A program made the translations under genes and the position numbers. From an uncultured Eubacteriales bacterium (GTDB taxonomy: Bacteria; Acidobacteriota; Aminicenantia; Aminicenantales; Aminicenantaceae): a stretch of DNA of 64,000 bases. Shown piece by piece: positions 20,152 to 30,873 of this stretch. The stretch lies in contig CAZIMJ010000163.1 of NCBI GenBank assembly GCA_964540205.1, forward strand, positions 2,847 to 66,846, written 5' to 3'. The notes under the pieces are model-generated. The model saw only the letters and a list, made by a program, of their open reading frames with translations, was not told where the DNA came from and did no database searches. Each line of letters opens with the position of its first letter. The first letter of the stretch is position 1.

Positions 20152-21492
20152 TTATCGCTCGATCGTCATGCCGAGCCAATCTTCAAGTGTCTGGAACACT
20201 TCATCCTGCTGTGTCTCGGACAATGTTTGGATAAATGAATAATGGTTCCCATTCTTTACCCAGAACATCTTTGCGTTTGTCGCTCCCAAATATTCGAGGT
20301 GGGGTGCTGACCAAGGATCATTCTCCCCATAGATATATATGATATTGTTCCCTTGGGTCAACAACCACTTGTTGATATCTTCCATGAAAGTGGGGTCAAA
20401 TGTCAAATCGGCATCTTTGGGTCCAAAGGCATTATTCGGATAGTCATCTCCCCTTTCGCTCAACAGGTCTATGACGTTTTTGGTCACATATCGATAATAG
20501 CCAAGTTCAGTGGCAAATTGCTTCATGGCCGTCGAGTTGAATGCCTTGTCTGAGTAGGAACTCAGGGATACAACTTGCTTTAGATGCTCGAACTTATCTT
20601 GTGGTGTGGCTCTCTCTCCGGGGATCACGCTACAATCGAGCGTGTGGTACTGCCAGAATGAGAACGGGTATTCCAGAACCGTGTATTCAAAACCTTTTAA
20701 AGGTGTGATCTTTTCAAACGTGTATCCTTTTTCCTCACAGTATGCTTCATAGAGCGGCAAAACATCCTGTTTGTTCCTGAGGATCGACCGTTGAAAAATG
20801 ATCAGTCTGTGGCGGCACATTTCGTCCCCTACATGTTCGAAGAATTCATCGATTCGTGGCTCCTCGAGGGCGAGGTTAACGGGTGCATCATAGGCGATTA
20901 TGGCCGTCATGTCATCTGGAAAATGACGGCGGTAGATCAAAGATGTCTGTCCACCCTTACTCCATCCTGTGCTCACCCATCTCTTTTTATAGAAACTTTT
21001 AAACAGCGAATAAATCCGATGAAAGTCATGGCTGGATTGATTGTTGTTCAAGAAAGTCCAATCGATGGCATCAGGCTTTGATTCCCCAAATAAACGGTAC
21101 TCCACTTGGAGTTCATTGGCATCGAGAATCTCAGCCAGTTCTCGAACATAATTTTTACCGGCGCTATAACCTTCGGTGACCAAGACCATCGGCTTATCAA
21201 AACCAGCATGGGATAGGAACATTCTTTGCTGAAAAAAACCCGCCTCCGGATTCTCATGATCGAGTGGTTGAATGAGCTTGATCTCGTATTTCGATTGAAA
21301 TATGGGTGAATCCGGTTCTATTTCCTGGATAACTATGCCAGGGATCTTTTGCAGCTCAGAACTAATATCTTTGGCTTGGCCCGTACAGGATGAGAGAAAA
21401 AATATAATCAGAACTGCAATCACAGCAAGCGAAAATAATCGAGTATAATCGACCTTATTGATCTGGGTTTTCGTTTCTGTTATTAACTTCAT
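20152..21492 (-). CDS. Alpha/beta-hydrolase lipoprotein, S28 (Pro-X carboxypeptidase)-like
   Basis: Lipobox LSSC. GWSKGG nucleophile elbow, with an arrangement resembling S28 peptidases. Forms an operon with the sulfatase (5-nt gap). Confidence 0.4.
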   Translation of the reverse strand: MKLITETKTQINKVDYTRLFSLAVIAVLIIFFLSSCTGQAKDISSELQKIPGIVIQEIEPDSPIFQSKYEIKLIQPLDHENPEAGFFQQRMFLSHAGFDKPMVLVTEGYSAGKNYVRELAEILDANELQVEYRLFGESKPDAIDWTFLNNNQSSHDFHRIYSLFKSFYKKRWVSTGWSKGGQTSLIYRRHFPDDMTAIIAYDAPVNLALEEPRIDEFFEHVGDEMCRHRLIIFQRSILRNKQDVLPLYEAYCEEKGYTFEKITPLKGFEYTVLEYPFSFWQYHTLDCSVIPGERATPQDKFEHLKQVVSLSSYSDKAFNSTAMKQFATELGYYRYVTKNVIDLLSERGDDYPNNAFGPKDADLTFDPTFMEDINKWLLTQGNNIIYIYGENDPWSAPHLEYLGATNAKMFWVKNGNHYSFIQTLSETQQDEVFQTLEDWLGMTIER

Positions 21493-21675
21493 GATCTCCC
21501 TGTAAAATCCATGAATCTTGCTGAGGCTTTATCCCAAAGGAAACGGCTAAGCTGACTATAATTATCACAGCCAATGCAAGTGGTCAACTGTCAACATTCT
21601 AAACCTTTTTCTCTGCTATGACGTCTTAATAAGGAGGGATTATTGTATATCCAGGTCTCAAAATTGGAGGTTTTA

Positions 21676-23379
21676 ATGAAACGTTTTTATTCATATCTGA
21701 TTGTCTTTGGTCTAGTCCTTTTATTCATTCCATCTTGTAACAAAGAACCGGGTTTGGGAGAAACCTTAGAGACGGAAATTCCAAGGCTGATGGAAGCAGC
21801 CGATATCCCCGGGCTGTCTATGTCCGTAATCCACGATGGAGAGATCCTGTGGTCGGGAGCCTTTGGAGTCCGGAGCCGCGAAACGAATGAACCTGTGGAT
21901 GAAAACACTATTTTTGAGGCCGCATCTCTCACAAAAACCGTAACGGCGGTTGCAGCTTTGAAGCTCGTGGAAAGAGGTGTGTTGGACTTGGATACACCCT
22001 TATCTGAATATCTCCCCTATCCAAAGCTTGCGGGCGACGAACGGTATAAAAAAATCACGACAAGGCATGTTTTGACCCACACGACCGGCCTTCCCAACTG
22101 GGGAAATAAGCTTCTCAGAGAACCGGGAGAGCTTTATGGTTATTCAGGCGAGGGATTTCTCTATTTGGGCCGCACTCTAGAAAAACTCACCGGAATAACC
22201 TTAGAGGAGTTTGCGCGAAAAGAAATATTCGATCCACTGGGGATGTCCAGGACCAGTTATGTGTGGAGCGAGCTCTACGCAGCAACTGGAGCCTCTGGTC
22301 ATGACCGTCATGGATTTACAAATCCATTGAGACAGAGAACGGACCCAAACGGCGGCGCAAGCCTTTTAACGACCGCAAAGGATTACGCCGTTTATCTCTG
22401 CGCGATCATGAACGATCAAGTTTTAAAGACGGAAACTATCGACATGATGTTGACGCCTCACGTCAAAGCGGCAAGCAGACGTGAAGAGGCAAAACTGGAT
22501 GATCACATTTCCTGGGGTTTCGGCTGGGGGATTCAACCGGGAAACACCGAGAACGGCTTCTGGCATTGGGGAGACAATGGAGACCTAAGAGCATTCACTG
22601 TTTCTTATAGAACAAGAAAAGAAGGCCTTGTGTTCTTTGCCAACTCCGAGAACTTGTTCACTATTGCGGAGTCGTTGATCTCGCTAGTGATCGATGATCC
22701 ACAATACGCCTTCGGATGGTTGACCTATAAACGGTTAGATGAGATGGAACATGATGCACGCATTAAGGTCGAAAAGGTCTTCGTGAGCGGAGACATTGAA
22801 ACCGGCTTGAAAATGCTCGAAGAGATGAGGGCTCAGGATCCCGAGACATTAAAAACACAGGATTTGAATAACATGGCGCGTTATCTAACTGAAAGAGAAA
22901 AGAACGATGCAGCCGAAGCGATATTAAAATATGTACTTCAATCTGATCAGAAATCCGATTCAGCCTGGTACGCTCTGGGCAGGTTTTATTTTGAGACGGG
23001 TCGAAACAAAGAAGCCCTCGGCCCACTCCAAAAAGCCTTGGAGTTGGATCCAAAAAATCCATTCGCCAAGCAGTACATTCCTTGGGTTAAAAAAGCAATT
23101 CAGGCGGAAGAAAAGCCCGTTGTTATTCCCGAAGAAACACTAGTGAAATATGCCGGTGTTTATGGTCCCCGTCATGTACGAATTCAGGACAGCCGCCTGT
23201 ATTATCAAAGAGAGGGCCGAAAGGAGTATGAGCTCGTGCCGCTCTCCCAGGATACATTCACTTTAAAAAACCGCGGCGTTTTTCGTCTGCGTTTTGTTTC
23301 GGATGAGAGCGGAAAGGTGACAAAAGTGATCGGGATCTACATTGATGGCCGCACTGACGAATCTTCACGAACTCGTTAG
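21676..23379 (+). CDS. Beta-lactamase-related serine hydrolase (class C/PBP-like) lipoprotein with C-terminal TPR-like extension
   Basis: RBS ggagg followed by ATG at 21676. S-x-x-K motif ASLTKT. YSGEG and HTTG motifs. Confidence 0.65.
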   Translation: MKRFYSYLIVFGLVLLFIPSCNKEPGLGETLETEIPRLMEAADIPGLSMSVIHDGEILWSGAFGVRSRETNEPVDENTIFEAASLTKTVTAVAALKLVERGVLDLDTPLSEYLPYPKLAGDERYKKITTRHVLTHTTGLPNWGNKLLREPGELYGYSGEGFLYLGRTLEKLTGITLEEFARKEIFDPLGMSRTSYVWSELYAATGASGHDRHGFTNPLRQRTDPNGGASLLTTAKDYAVYLCAIMNDQVLKTETIDMMLTPHVKAASRREEAKLDDHISWGFGWGIQPGNTENGFWHWGDNGDLRAFTVSYRTRKEGLVFFANSENLFTIAESLISLVIDDPQYAFGWLTYKRLDEMEHDARIKVEKVFVSGDIETGLKMLEEMRAQDPETLKTQDLNNMARYLTEREKNDAAEAILKYVLQSDQKSDSAWYALGRFYFETGRNKEALGPLQKALELDPKNPFAKQYIPWVKKAIQAEEKPVVIPEETLVKYAGVYGPRHVRIQDSRLYYQREGRKEYELVPLSQDTFTLKNRGVFRLRFVSDESGKVTKVIGIYIDGRTDESSRTR

Positions 23380-23436
23380 GGATAACTCGCTTTTATTGTT
23401 TTTCTTTTCCTTTAAAGCCGGCAGCCAATCAAAGTC

Positions 23437-26061
23437 TCATTCATACCGCAGCACATTGATGGGATTGGTAGATGCAACTTTTACCGTCTGTGAAGCGACT
23501 GTTCCCAGAGCCACTACGGCCGCCGCTCCTGTAGCGGCAATGAAAATCCAGGGAGACAGCGGTGCTTTATAGGCGAAATTCTGGAGCCACGTACTCATAG
23601 CAAAATAGGCGATCGGCCAGGCGAAAATACTGGAAATCAGCACCCACTTCGCAAACTCCTTGGAGAGGAGTACAAATATACGTGTACCCGATGCACCAAG
23701 CACTTTCCGGATCCCGATCTCTTTGGTTCGTTGCTCCGCTGTAAACGCAGACAAACCGAAAAGCCCTAAGCAGGCGATAGCCACAGCCAGCAAGCTGAAA
23801 ACATTAAACATGCTCCCTAGCCGGTACTCGGACTGGTATGCGCTGTCGAAGATATCGTCAAAGAAGCTGTAATCAATGGGATAATTCGGAGAGAATTTTC
23901 CCCATGTTTCTTTTAAGAAACCAAGAGTTCCAGGGATATTCCCTCCACGGATCTTGACAGACAAGTAATAAATATATCTCTGGTCCTTTCGATAGTAGAG
24001 ACACATGGGATCAATACCCCGATGGAGGGAGTGAAAATTAAAATTCTTCACAACACCCACAATCTGGCCCACATCACCCCACCAGATCTCAAAATCCCGT
24101 CCAACAGGCTGTTCCCATCCTAACGCGTTAACCAGGGATTCATTGAAGAGAAAGGAACTTTGGGCATCCGAGGGAAAATCTTTAGAAAAATTCCTCCCGT
24201 TCATAGTATCGATCCCATAGACATCCAAAAAATCCTCATCCACATAGCTCACATAAACATCAAAATAATCGAAATCCTCTGGAATACCCGGCCACTTCGG
24301 ACCCATCTGACTCTGTATATTGTTGGGAAGTGCATCCGTTGCGGTAGCTGCGATCACATTTGGATTGGCTTTTAATTCAGATTTGAAGGGATCAAGACTC
24401 TTTTTTATATCCGGGTCATGGAGCCTGATGACGACAATCTGGTCTTTCTCGTAGCCCACATCCTTGTTCTTGATAAAATCGAGCTGAAGCCGGACGACTA
24501 CAGCACCCACAATAAGCCCCACAGAAACTACAAATTGAAACACAACGAGGGCATTCCTCAGGCGCCTGCCCCCACGGCCGATTAGGATCTCCTTTTTTAA
24601 AACAAACGCCGGCCGGAAAGATGAGATCAAAAGGGCGGGATAGCTTCCGGCCAAGAAATTTATAAATCCCACAGCGATCAGCAGTCCAAAAAAAAGTGCA
24701 GGATTATTCAGCGAGGAAAAGCTCAAGTCTCGCTCTACAAAAGTGCTGAATGCGGGCAGCAAAATTTGAACAAGAACAAGGGCTAGAATCAACGCCAGAA
24801 TCAAAAAAATGAAGGATTCACCATAAAACTGCTTCACCAGATGATGGCGCAGAGCCCCCACCACTTTTCGGATCGCCACTTCTTTTCCGCGTTGGGTTGA
24901 GCAGGCCGTTGCCAGGTTCATGTAATTGATGCAGGCGATGATCAAAATGAGGAAAGCGATCGTAGAGAAAAGATAGATGTTCTTGATATTGTTGTTGGGT
25001 GCGAATTCCCCATCCAGGTCCGAATGGAGATGGATCGTAGTCATCGCCTGGAGGGATGGGCGACAGTAGCGCCGGCCGCCTGGCCATAGATCAGATTCGG
25101 CATACTTCCGATAGAGGCCTGGGATCTTCTGCTCCACAGCATGAGGGTCAGCGCCCTCATTTAATTGAACATATGAAACCGTCGCATGATTCTGCCATTT
25201 GGTTAAATCAAGTTCGGTGATTAACGCATAGGTTTGAAACGGGATGATGAGGTCCATGACAAAATGGGAATTCTGTGGCATGTTTTGGAGGATTCCAGTG
25301 ACCTTGAGATCGTAGGAATTCTCATAACGGATGACCTTACCCATGGGATTTTCCCGGCCAAAAATATGCGTGGCCATCTTTTGAGAGAGTACGATCGAGT
25401 AGGGATCCTTCAAAGCAGCATGGGACTGGCCTCTTTTCAGAGGAAGTGAAAACATCCGAAAGACCTGAGGCTCTGCAAAAATCACCTCGTTTTCTAAATA
25501 ATTCTGGTTGTCATAGTTTAAAAGAACATTTCTGTTGCGTGCAAACCGTGTGGCGAACTCCACTTCTGGAAATTCTTCCACCATTGTGGGGCCGAGCGGA
25601 GCCACTGTTCGTGTCATTGCCGTTTTCCCACCGTGAGTGTGCCTGGCAGGGAGTTCACTGGCCACGCGGTAGATACGGTGAGCATTTTCATGGTATTGAT
25701 CATAGCTCAGCTCAAACTGGACATAGATCATGATCAGAATGAAAAATGTCAGACCAATGGCAAGTCCGGCCACGTTGATGATGGTGAAGCTTTTTTGCCT
25801 TTTCATATGCCTTAAGGCTGTGATCAAATAATGCCTCGACATAATTGTGCCCCACTTTAACAGAAATTTGAGATAGGTGGGAATAGTTTTTAAGACCTGG
25901 ATTCGATACCAGCGTCTGGCTTTTGAAGATCCTCTCTCCTCCTCTATTTGATTAAACTCCTCCTCCAGATCACCAGCCCAAACAAACTCCTCATCATAGC
26001 GTCTCATGACCGAAAAGAGCCATCGGGCGAACCGGGGATGCTTTGCTTGCCCGGATTTCAT
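23437..26061 (-). CDS. FtsX/MacB-like ABC-transporter permease, paralog 2, with N-terminal cytoplasmic extension
   Basis: 874 aa with dual FtsX domains, ending …NPINVLRYE. Overlaps the upstream PadR gene by 4 nt (ATGA). Confidence 0.75.
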   Translation of the reverse strand: MKSGQAKHPRFARWLFSVMRRYDEEFVWAGDLEEEFNQIEEERGSSKARRWYRIQVLKTIPTYLKFLLKWGTIMSRHYLITALRHMKRQKSFTIINVAGLAIGLTFFILIMIYVQFELSYDQYHENAHRIYRVASELPARHTHGGKTAMTRTVAPLGPTMVEEFPEVEFATRFARNRNVLLNYDNQNYLENEVIFAEPQVFRMFSLPLKRGQSHAALKDPYSIVLSQKMATHIFGRENPMGKVIRYENSYDLKVTGILQNMPQNSHFVMDLIIPFQTYALITELDLTKWQNHATVSYVQLNEGADPHAVEQKIPGLYRKYAESDLWPGGRRYCRPSLQAMTTIHLHSDLDGEFAPNNNIKNIYLFSTIAFLILIIACINYMNLATACSTQRGKEVAIRKVVGALRHHLVKQFYGESFIFLILALILALVLVQILLPAFSTFVERDLSFSSLNNPALFFGLLIAVGFINFLAGSYPALLISSFRPAFVLKKEILIGRGGRRLRNALVVFQFVVSVGLIVGAVVVRLQLDFIKNKDVGYEKDQIVVIRLHDPDIKKSLDPFKSELKANPNVIAATATDALPNNIQSQMGPKWPGIPEDFDYFDVYVSYVDEDFLDVYGIDTMNGRNFSKDFPSDAQSSFLFNESLVNALGWEQPVGRDFEIWWGDVGQIVGVVKNFNFHSLHRGIDPMCLYYRKDQRYIYYLSVKIRGGNIPGTLGFLKETWGKFSPNYPIDYSFFDDIFDSAYQSEYRLGSMFNVFSLLAVAIACLGLFGLSAFTAEQRTKEIGIRKVLGASGTRIFVLLSKEFAKWVLISSIFAWPIAYFAMSTWLQNFAYKAPLSPWIFIAATGAAAVVALGTVASQTVKVASTNPINVLRYE

Positions 26062-26393
26062 GATAACTCGACCTTGCCTGCAGCAAGTTCAGGGATACCA
26101 TCCCAGATTTTTTTGTGAAGTTCCCGAGCGTGATGGAGGGCCTTAAGTCCCCTCGACGTCAGTGTGTAATAGATCTTACCTCGTCCCCCTCTTTGGGGAG
26201 TCGGTTTCCCATGCCTCTTCCGGACATAACCCTTACGGAGAAGTTGATCGAGTGTGTTGTAGAGTGTGCCATAGATAATATCTTTTTTTGTGATTTCTGA
26301 GACCGTTCGCCGGATGGAGACGCCGTAAGCTTCCTCCTTGAGCCGGAAGATGGTCGTCAAGATAATTTCCTCTAATACTGTGATCTCTTTCAT
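26058..26393 (-). CDS. PadR-family transcriptional regulator
   Basis: 111 aa. Winged-helix segment YGTLYNTLDQLLRKGYV. Translationally coupled to the permease. Confidence 0.8.
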   Translation of the reverse strand: MKEITVLEEIILTTIFRLKEEAYGVSIRRTVSEITKKDIIYGTLYNTLDQLLRKGYVRKRHGKPTPQRGGRGKIYYTLTSRGLKALHHARELHKKIWDGIPELAAGKVELS

Positions 26394-26404
26394 GGGAAGG
26401 GCTC

Positions 26405-26460
26405 CTGTTTCATTTTTCCGTAAAGGCCGTACATATATTTATACGTAATTTACGAAAAAA
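26405..26460. promoter_or_regulatory. Cluster of CGTAA/TTACG half-sites (candidate PadR operator) in the padR / CHAT divergent region
   Basis: Four matching segments in about 50 nt, including the inverted repeat cgtaa-t-ttacg (26433-26444): ccgtaaagg, ccgtaca, acgtaatttacg, gttacgg. Confidence 0.35.
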
Positions 26461-26755
26461 AAGTTACGGTTCTTCTCATCTTTTTCAATGTTTCAATAAT
26501 CGGAAAGGAAGAGTGTTTCCTTTGGTGGCATCCATATTATTTGAAATGTTAGAATTTTACTGTTGAAAAAATCGAGCAAGTTTTATATTTTTAAAGTAGA
26601 TTAATTAGAGGGGCCCAGCGATCACAAATAAAAATATCATTCGTAGCGGTATTTTCATCTCTTTAATCTGTCTTTTTATTCTCCATTCATCCCCACAAGA
26701 AATTCAAAAATCGGAATCCATAAAACAACTCCATCAAAAGTACTATCATATCAAG

Positions 26756-29700
26756 ATGCTGGAAGCGAACAAAAAAATCGATGATGCCTTGAACGAGCAC
26801 AAATATTTTATCAAAAAGCATCCAGATTTTTACGAAATATACCGATCATTTACAGGTATTTGCAAAGATACTCAGAAACTTGATGAAGCCATATTCTATT
26901 TCAAAGAACTACTCGCTGACGAACCAAATCAACCCGTATATTTTTATGGTTTAGGTCTCTGCTACAAAGCCCAAGAAGAATACGATAAGGCTTCCGAATA
27001 CTTCAAGAGCGCCATCGAACAAGGGGGCTCTTTCATACGTCTTTATTACGACTTGCTTGTTATGGCAAATTCGGAAAAAGAAAGCCTCTCCCTCATCGAT
27101 TATTTTGAAAAAAGATCAAAACTGTTTCCGGATAATTCTTTACTCTTTTACGGAATGGGTGCTCTATATGAATTCAAACTCAGGGATTTAACACGCGCTC
27201 ATGAATGTTACATAAGAGGCTTAGAGGTCGCAAAATCAACCCTGAACAAGCTTGAAGAGGGGCAGCATCTCAACACGATCGGCAATTATTACTGGAGTCG
27301 AGGCAATCTTCGTAAGGCTCAAAACTACTATTTGGAGGCTGCCTCAGTCATTCAAAACAAGGGAAACAAAGTAGATTTGGCAAAATATCTCTATAATTCA
27401 GGACTGATACACTGCTGGCAGGGCAATGCAATTAAAGGAAGAGAATTTTACAAAAAGGCATTGGAGGCAGACAGAGAAGTCGGAAACAAAATTCACGAAG
27501 CCAAGATCCTTAGGAGTATCGGCTACACTTATTTCCAGACAAGTCAATATTCTCTCGCCCTGGATTATTACAAACAGGCCCTAAATCTTGCGCGTGAAGT
27601 CGCAGATAAATCCGGAGAAACTCGTTATTTGCTGGATATCGGAGAAGCACACTGGGTGCAAGGCGAGTATTCTGAGGCCATTCAGCACTATGAAAACTCT
27701 CTGCACCATTCTCAAGAATCAGGTGACAAGAATACAGAAAACACAGCTTCCAACCTATTAGGCAATGCCTTTTGGAAAATCGGGGAATACTCAAAGGCAC
27801 TTCATTTCTATATACAATCGCTGATGATATGCAGAGAGATAGGTAATAAGTTGGGAGAAGCCACAGCCCTCAACAATAGCGCCATAATATACGACAAAAC
27901 AGATAATCTCTCCAAAGCCCTCGAATATTACGATGCAGCCCTTAGGATTTTCGAGGAAGCTGGCGCAAAATCCTCCCAGGGGATGTGTTTGAACAATATT
28001 GCCAGTATTCATTACAGACAACAGAACTACTCTTTTTCTCTGGAATGTTATTTACAAGCAATGAAGATCGCACAAGAAACGGGGAATAAAAGGTCTGAGG
28101 CTAATCGGCTTAAGAATATCGCTAATGTCTACAGCAAGATAAATAATTTCTCAGAGGCGGAAAAATACTATTCTGTGTCGCTCCAGGAAGCTAGAGCCAT
28201 CGAGGTCAAGGAGCTTGAAGCCAAAATATACATGGACATGGGGTATTCTCATATCGACGCTAACGACAATGTGAGAAGCATCAACTCTTTCACAAAAGCT
28301 CTCACCATCGCCCGAGAATTGGGATTGCCAGAAACAACCTGGCTATCTCATTCAGGTCTTGGAACTGCTTATGAAAAACAAGAGAGGCCAGCCGATGCAA
28401 TCTATCACTATAAAAAAGCCATAGCCGTTATCGAAGATGTACGTTCGCAACTCGAACTTGAAGAGCACAAATCAGGATTTCTTAGAAGTAAAGTTAAGGT
28501 TTATGAATCTCTTATCAACACATTGTTTATACAGAGTCAAAAACATCTTAATAAAGGGTTTGGAAAAGAAGCATTTCGCTATGCGGAAAAGGCAAAAGCT
28601 CGAGTTTTCTTAGACAGTCTGCAAACATCAAAAGTCAATCTTAGGAAAAGTTTAACTCCTAATTTAAGAGATGAAGAGTTTAAGTTATCGAGAAATATTT
28701 CAATAATCCAGACAGAATTGGTGAAGCCCGGTCTTACTCGAACACAAAGAGAAGAGCTTTTTAGAAATCTAGAAAGAGCGGAGGAAGACTATGCGAATTT
28801 TATCCAAACACTGAGGATGGAAAATCCCGAATACGTCCTCTTGGTCTATCCCAAACCCAACACACTCGAAGAAATTCAAAGCTCATTACCAGATAACGAG
28901 ACTGCCATTATCGAATATTTTCTCGGTCAGGATCATTCTTTTGTGTTTTATATAGACCAGAAAAAATTCTCTATGTTTAGATTGGTTCAAAGCAGCGATC
29001 TGCAAGCGAGAGTGAGTGATTATATCCAACTTATATCGATAAGAGACGAAAACGGAAAATTTAGGGCATTTGCGGCCGGAAAAAAATTGTTCCAAGATTT
29101 AATAGGACCCTTTGAGGCCAATCTGAAGGGAATTAAAAAACTGATCATTATTCCTGATGGCAATTTGAATTATTTACCATACGAAGCGATCATATTCTCC
29201 AGCTCTCGAAACCAGGATCAATTCTTCATTGAATCCTTTCAGATCTCATACGCTCCATCTGCCTCTTCATGGATGATGCTGTGTCAGAGGAAAAGGGCAG
29301 AGACAGCTGTCAAAGATTTCTTGGCATTTGCAGATCCTGTGTTTTTCTTCAGTACATCATCTGAGAAACAAGCCGATGCGGATAATATCTTAAGAGAGTT
29401 TTACCTTGAACAGGGATTTGACTTTTCTCCTCTTCTCTTCAGTGGAAAGGAGGTCAAACAAGTCTCAAAATATTTTAAGAAAAGATCGAGGGATATCTAC
29501 ACCAAAAGGAAGGCCAAAGAGGAAACGCTGAAGAACCTTCCATTAGAGAGCTATAAGATCATACACTTTGCCACGCATGGGTTCATCGACGAGAAGGTCC
29601 CTCACCGATCTGCATTAATTTTGACTTTAGACGAAGACCCTGCAGAAGATGGTTTTTTCCAGGCCAGAGAGGTCTTCAACCAACGCATAAATTCCAAGCT

Positions 29701-30034
29701 CGTTGTCCTCTCTGCCTGTCAAACGGGAAAAGGAAAGCTGGAAAAAGGAGAGGGAGTCATAGGGCTTTACCGGTCATTCCTTTTTGCTGGTACGCAGGCT
29801 GTACTCATGAGCTTATGGAGTATCAATGATAAGGCGACGGCAGAGTTTATGAAATATTTTTATGAAAATTTGGTACAAGGTTGTAGCAAAGTAGAAGCAT
29901 TACAAAAAGCAAAAATCAGAATGATCGCATCTGAATACAGCCATCCCTTTTATTGGGCAGCGTTTGTTTTGAACGGTGAGGGTCAATCTTCAATTGAAAT
30001 TGAGAAGCCCTCCTTTTGGGAGAGGATATTCTAG
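26756..30034 (+). CDS. TPR-repeat / CHAT-domain (caspase-like HC-dyad protease) protein
   Basis: 1092 aa. The N-terminal ~560 aa hold TPR repeats. The C-terminal CHAT domain carries the catalytic His (IIHFATHGFIDEK) and Cys (VVLSACQTGKG). Confidence 0.8.
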   Translation: MLEANKKIDDALNEHKYFIKKHPDFYEIYRSFTGICKDTQKLDEAIFYFKELLADEPNQPVYFYGLGLCYKAQEEYDKASEYFKSAIEQGGSFIRLYYDLLVMANSEKESLSLIDYFEKRSKLFPDNSLLFYGMGALYEFKLRDLTRAHECYIRGLEVAKSTLNKLEEGQHLNTIGNYYWSRGNLRKAQNYYLEAASVIQNKGNKVDLAKYLYNSGLIHCWQGNAIKGREFYKKALEADREVGNKIHEAKILRSIGYTYFQTSQYSLALDYYKQALNLAREVADKSGETRYLLDIGEAHWVQGEYSEAIQHYENSLHHSQESGDKNTENTASNLLGNAFWKIGEYSKALHFYIQSLMICREIGNKLGEATALNNSAIIYDKTDNLSKALEYYDAALRIFEEAGAKSSQGMCLNNIASIHYRQQNYSFSLECYLQAMKIAQETGNKRSEANRLKNIANVYSKINNFSEAEKYYSVSLQEARAIEVKELEAKIYMDMGYSHIDANDNVRSINSFTKALTIARELGLPETTWLSHSGLGTAYEKQERPADAIYHYKKAIAVIEDVRSQLELEEHKSGFLRSKVKVYESLINTLFIQSQKHLNKGFGKEAFRYAEKAKARVFLDSLQTSKVNLRKSLTPNLRDEEFKLSRNISIIQTELVKPGLTRTQREELFRNLERAEEDYANFIQTLRMENPEYVLLVYPKPNTLEEIQSSLPDNETAIIEYFLGQDHSFVFYIDQKKFSMFRLVQSSDLQARVSDYIQLISIRDENGKFRAFAAGKKLFQDLIGPFEANLKGIKKLIIIPDGNLNYLPYEAIIFSSSRNQDQFFIESFQISYAPSASSWMMLCQRKRAETAVKDFLAFADPVFFFSTSSEKQADADNILREFYLEQGFDFSPLLFSGKEVKQVSKYFKKRSRDIYTKRKAKEETLKNLPLESYKIIHFATHGFIDEKVPHRSALILTLDEDPAEDGFFQAREVFNQRINSKLVVLSACQTGKGKLEKGEGVIGLYRSFLFAGTQAVLMSLWSINDKATAEFMKYFYENLVQGCSKVEALQKAKIRMIASEYSHPFYWAAFVLNGEGQSSIEIEKPSFWERIF

Positions 30035-30043
30035 GAGGGAGTA

Positions 30044-30826
30044 TCAATCGTTCTTTATTTCAAACTCCTGTAAGTTTGACTCTCTGGTAATCCCATCACT
30101 CGAAAAAACAATAATCTTCCAATAGCAGACCTTCATATTTTTTATTGACTCATACTGTGCTGGGAGCAGTTTTAGGGATGTTTTTTGTGTTTTTTCAGAC
30201 ATCCAAACTTCTATCAGCTCTTCATCCAGGAGTTTGACTTGGTATCCTGCAGCTCCCGGAACAGGATCCCACTCAAAAAATCGTGGAATCTCTGCCAGAT
30301 CGCCCTTGGGATTTGTCAATTGAATAATATCGTTTTGTTTCCCTCTCACAGTATCTTCCATTCCAATAGGAGGAGTCTTCGACAAAAAGAAAACGACAAC
30401 GACAATAATCATCAAACCTGCAAGTGCGGTCGCGTATTTGAATGCAGTCTTCTGCCAAAACAAAAAAAGCGATCTTGGCTTGAAGGCAGTTCCCATATCG
30501 CTGAGTTTTGGCCTTTCCATCTCTTTGATTTTGAACTTCGCAATTTCCTTTAGTTCCTTAGTCTCTTTCTCGGATAAGGATATTCCCTCTAATCCAACAG
30601 CTATTTTTTTGCCTTCACTGAATACCTGACGGACGATCGCAAATTTCTTGCTGCATATCGGACATTCCGAGATGTGGTCCACTATTCTGTATTTTTCACT
30701 CTCACTCAGAGTTGGTGAGAATGATTGTATTATTTTATCATCATCAGGGCATTCCTGATCTGCACTCCGCTTATGATCCACAGAAGATTGATAGAGTTTC
30801 TTTAAATCCTGATTTTCCACCTTCAT
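30044..30826 (-). CDS. Anti-sigma factor (zf-HC2 N-terminal domain, single TM, periplasmic C-terminal domain)
   Basis: CPDDDKI…HISECPICSKKF zinc-finger pattern. TM segment LAGLMIIVVVVFFL. Directly downstream of the ECF sigma gene. Confidence 0.55.
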   Translation of the reverse strand: MKVENQDLKKLYQSSVDHKRSADQECPDDDKIIQSFSPTLSESEKYRIVDHISECPICSKKFAIVRQVFSEGKKIAVGLEGISLSEKETKELKEIAKFKIKEMERPKLSDMGTAFKPRSLFLFWQKTAFKYATALAGLMIIVVVVFFLSKTPPIGMEDTVRGKQNDIIQLTNPKGDLAEIPRFFEWDPVPGAAGYQVKLLDEELIEVWMSEKTQKTSLKLLPAQYESIKNMKVCYWKIIVFSSDGITRESNLQEFEIKND

Positions 30827-30873
30827 CTCTCTTCTCCTCTTTTTCTCATCATGAACGTATGGACATCATGATT

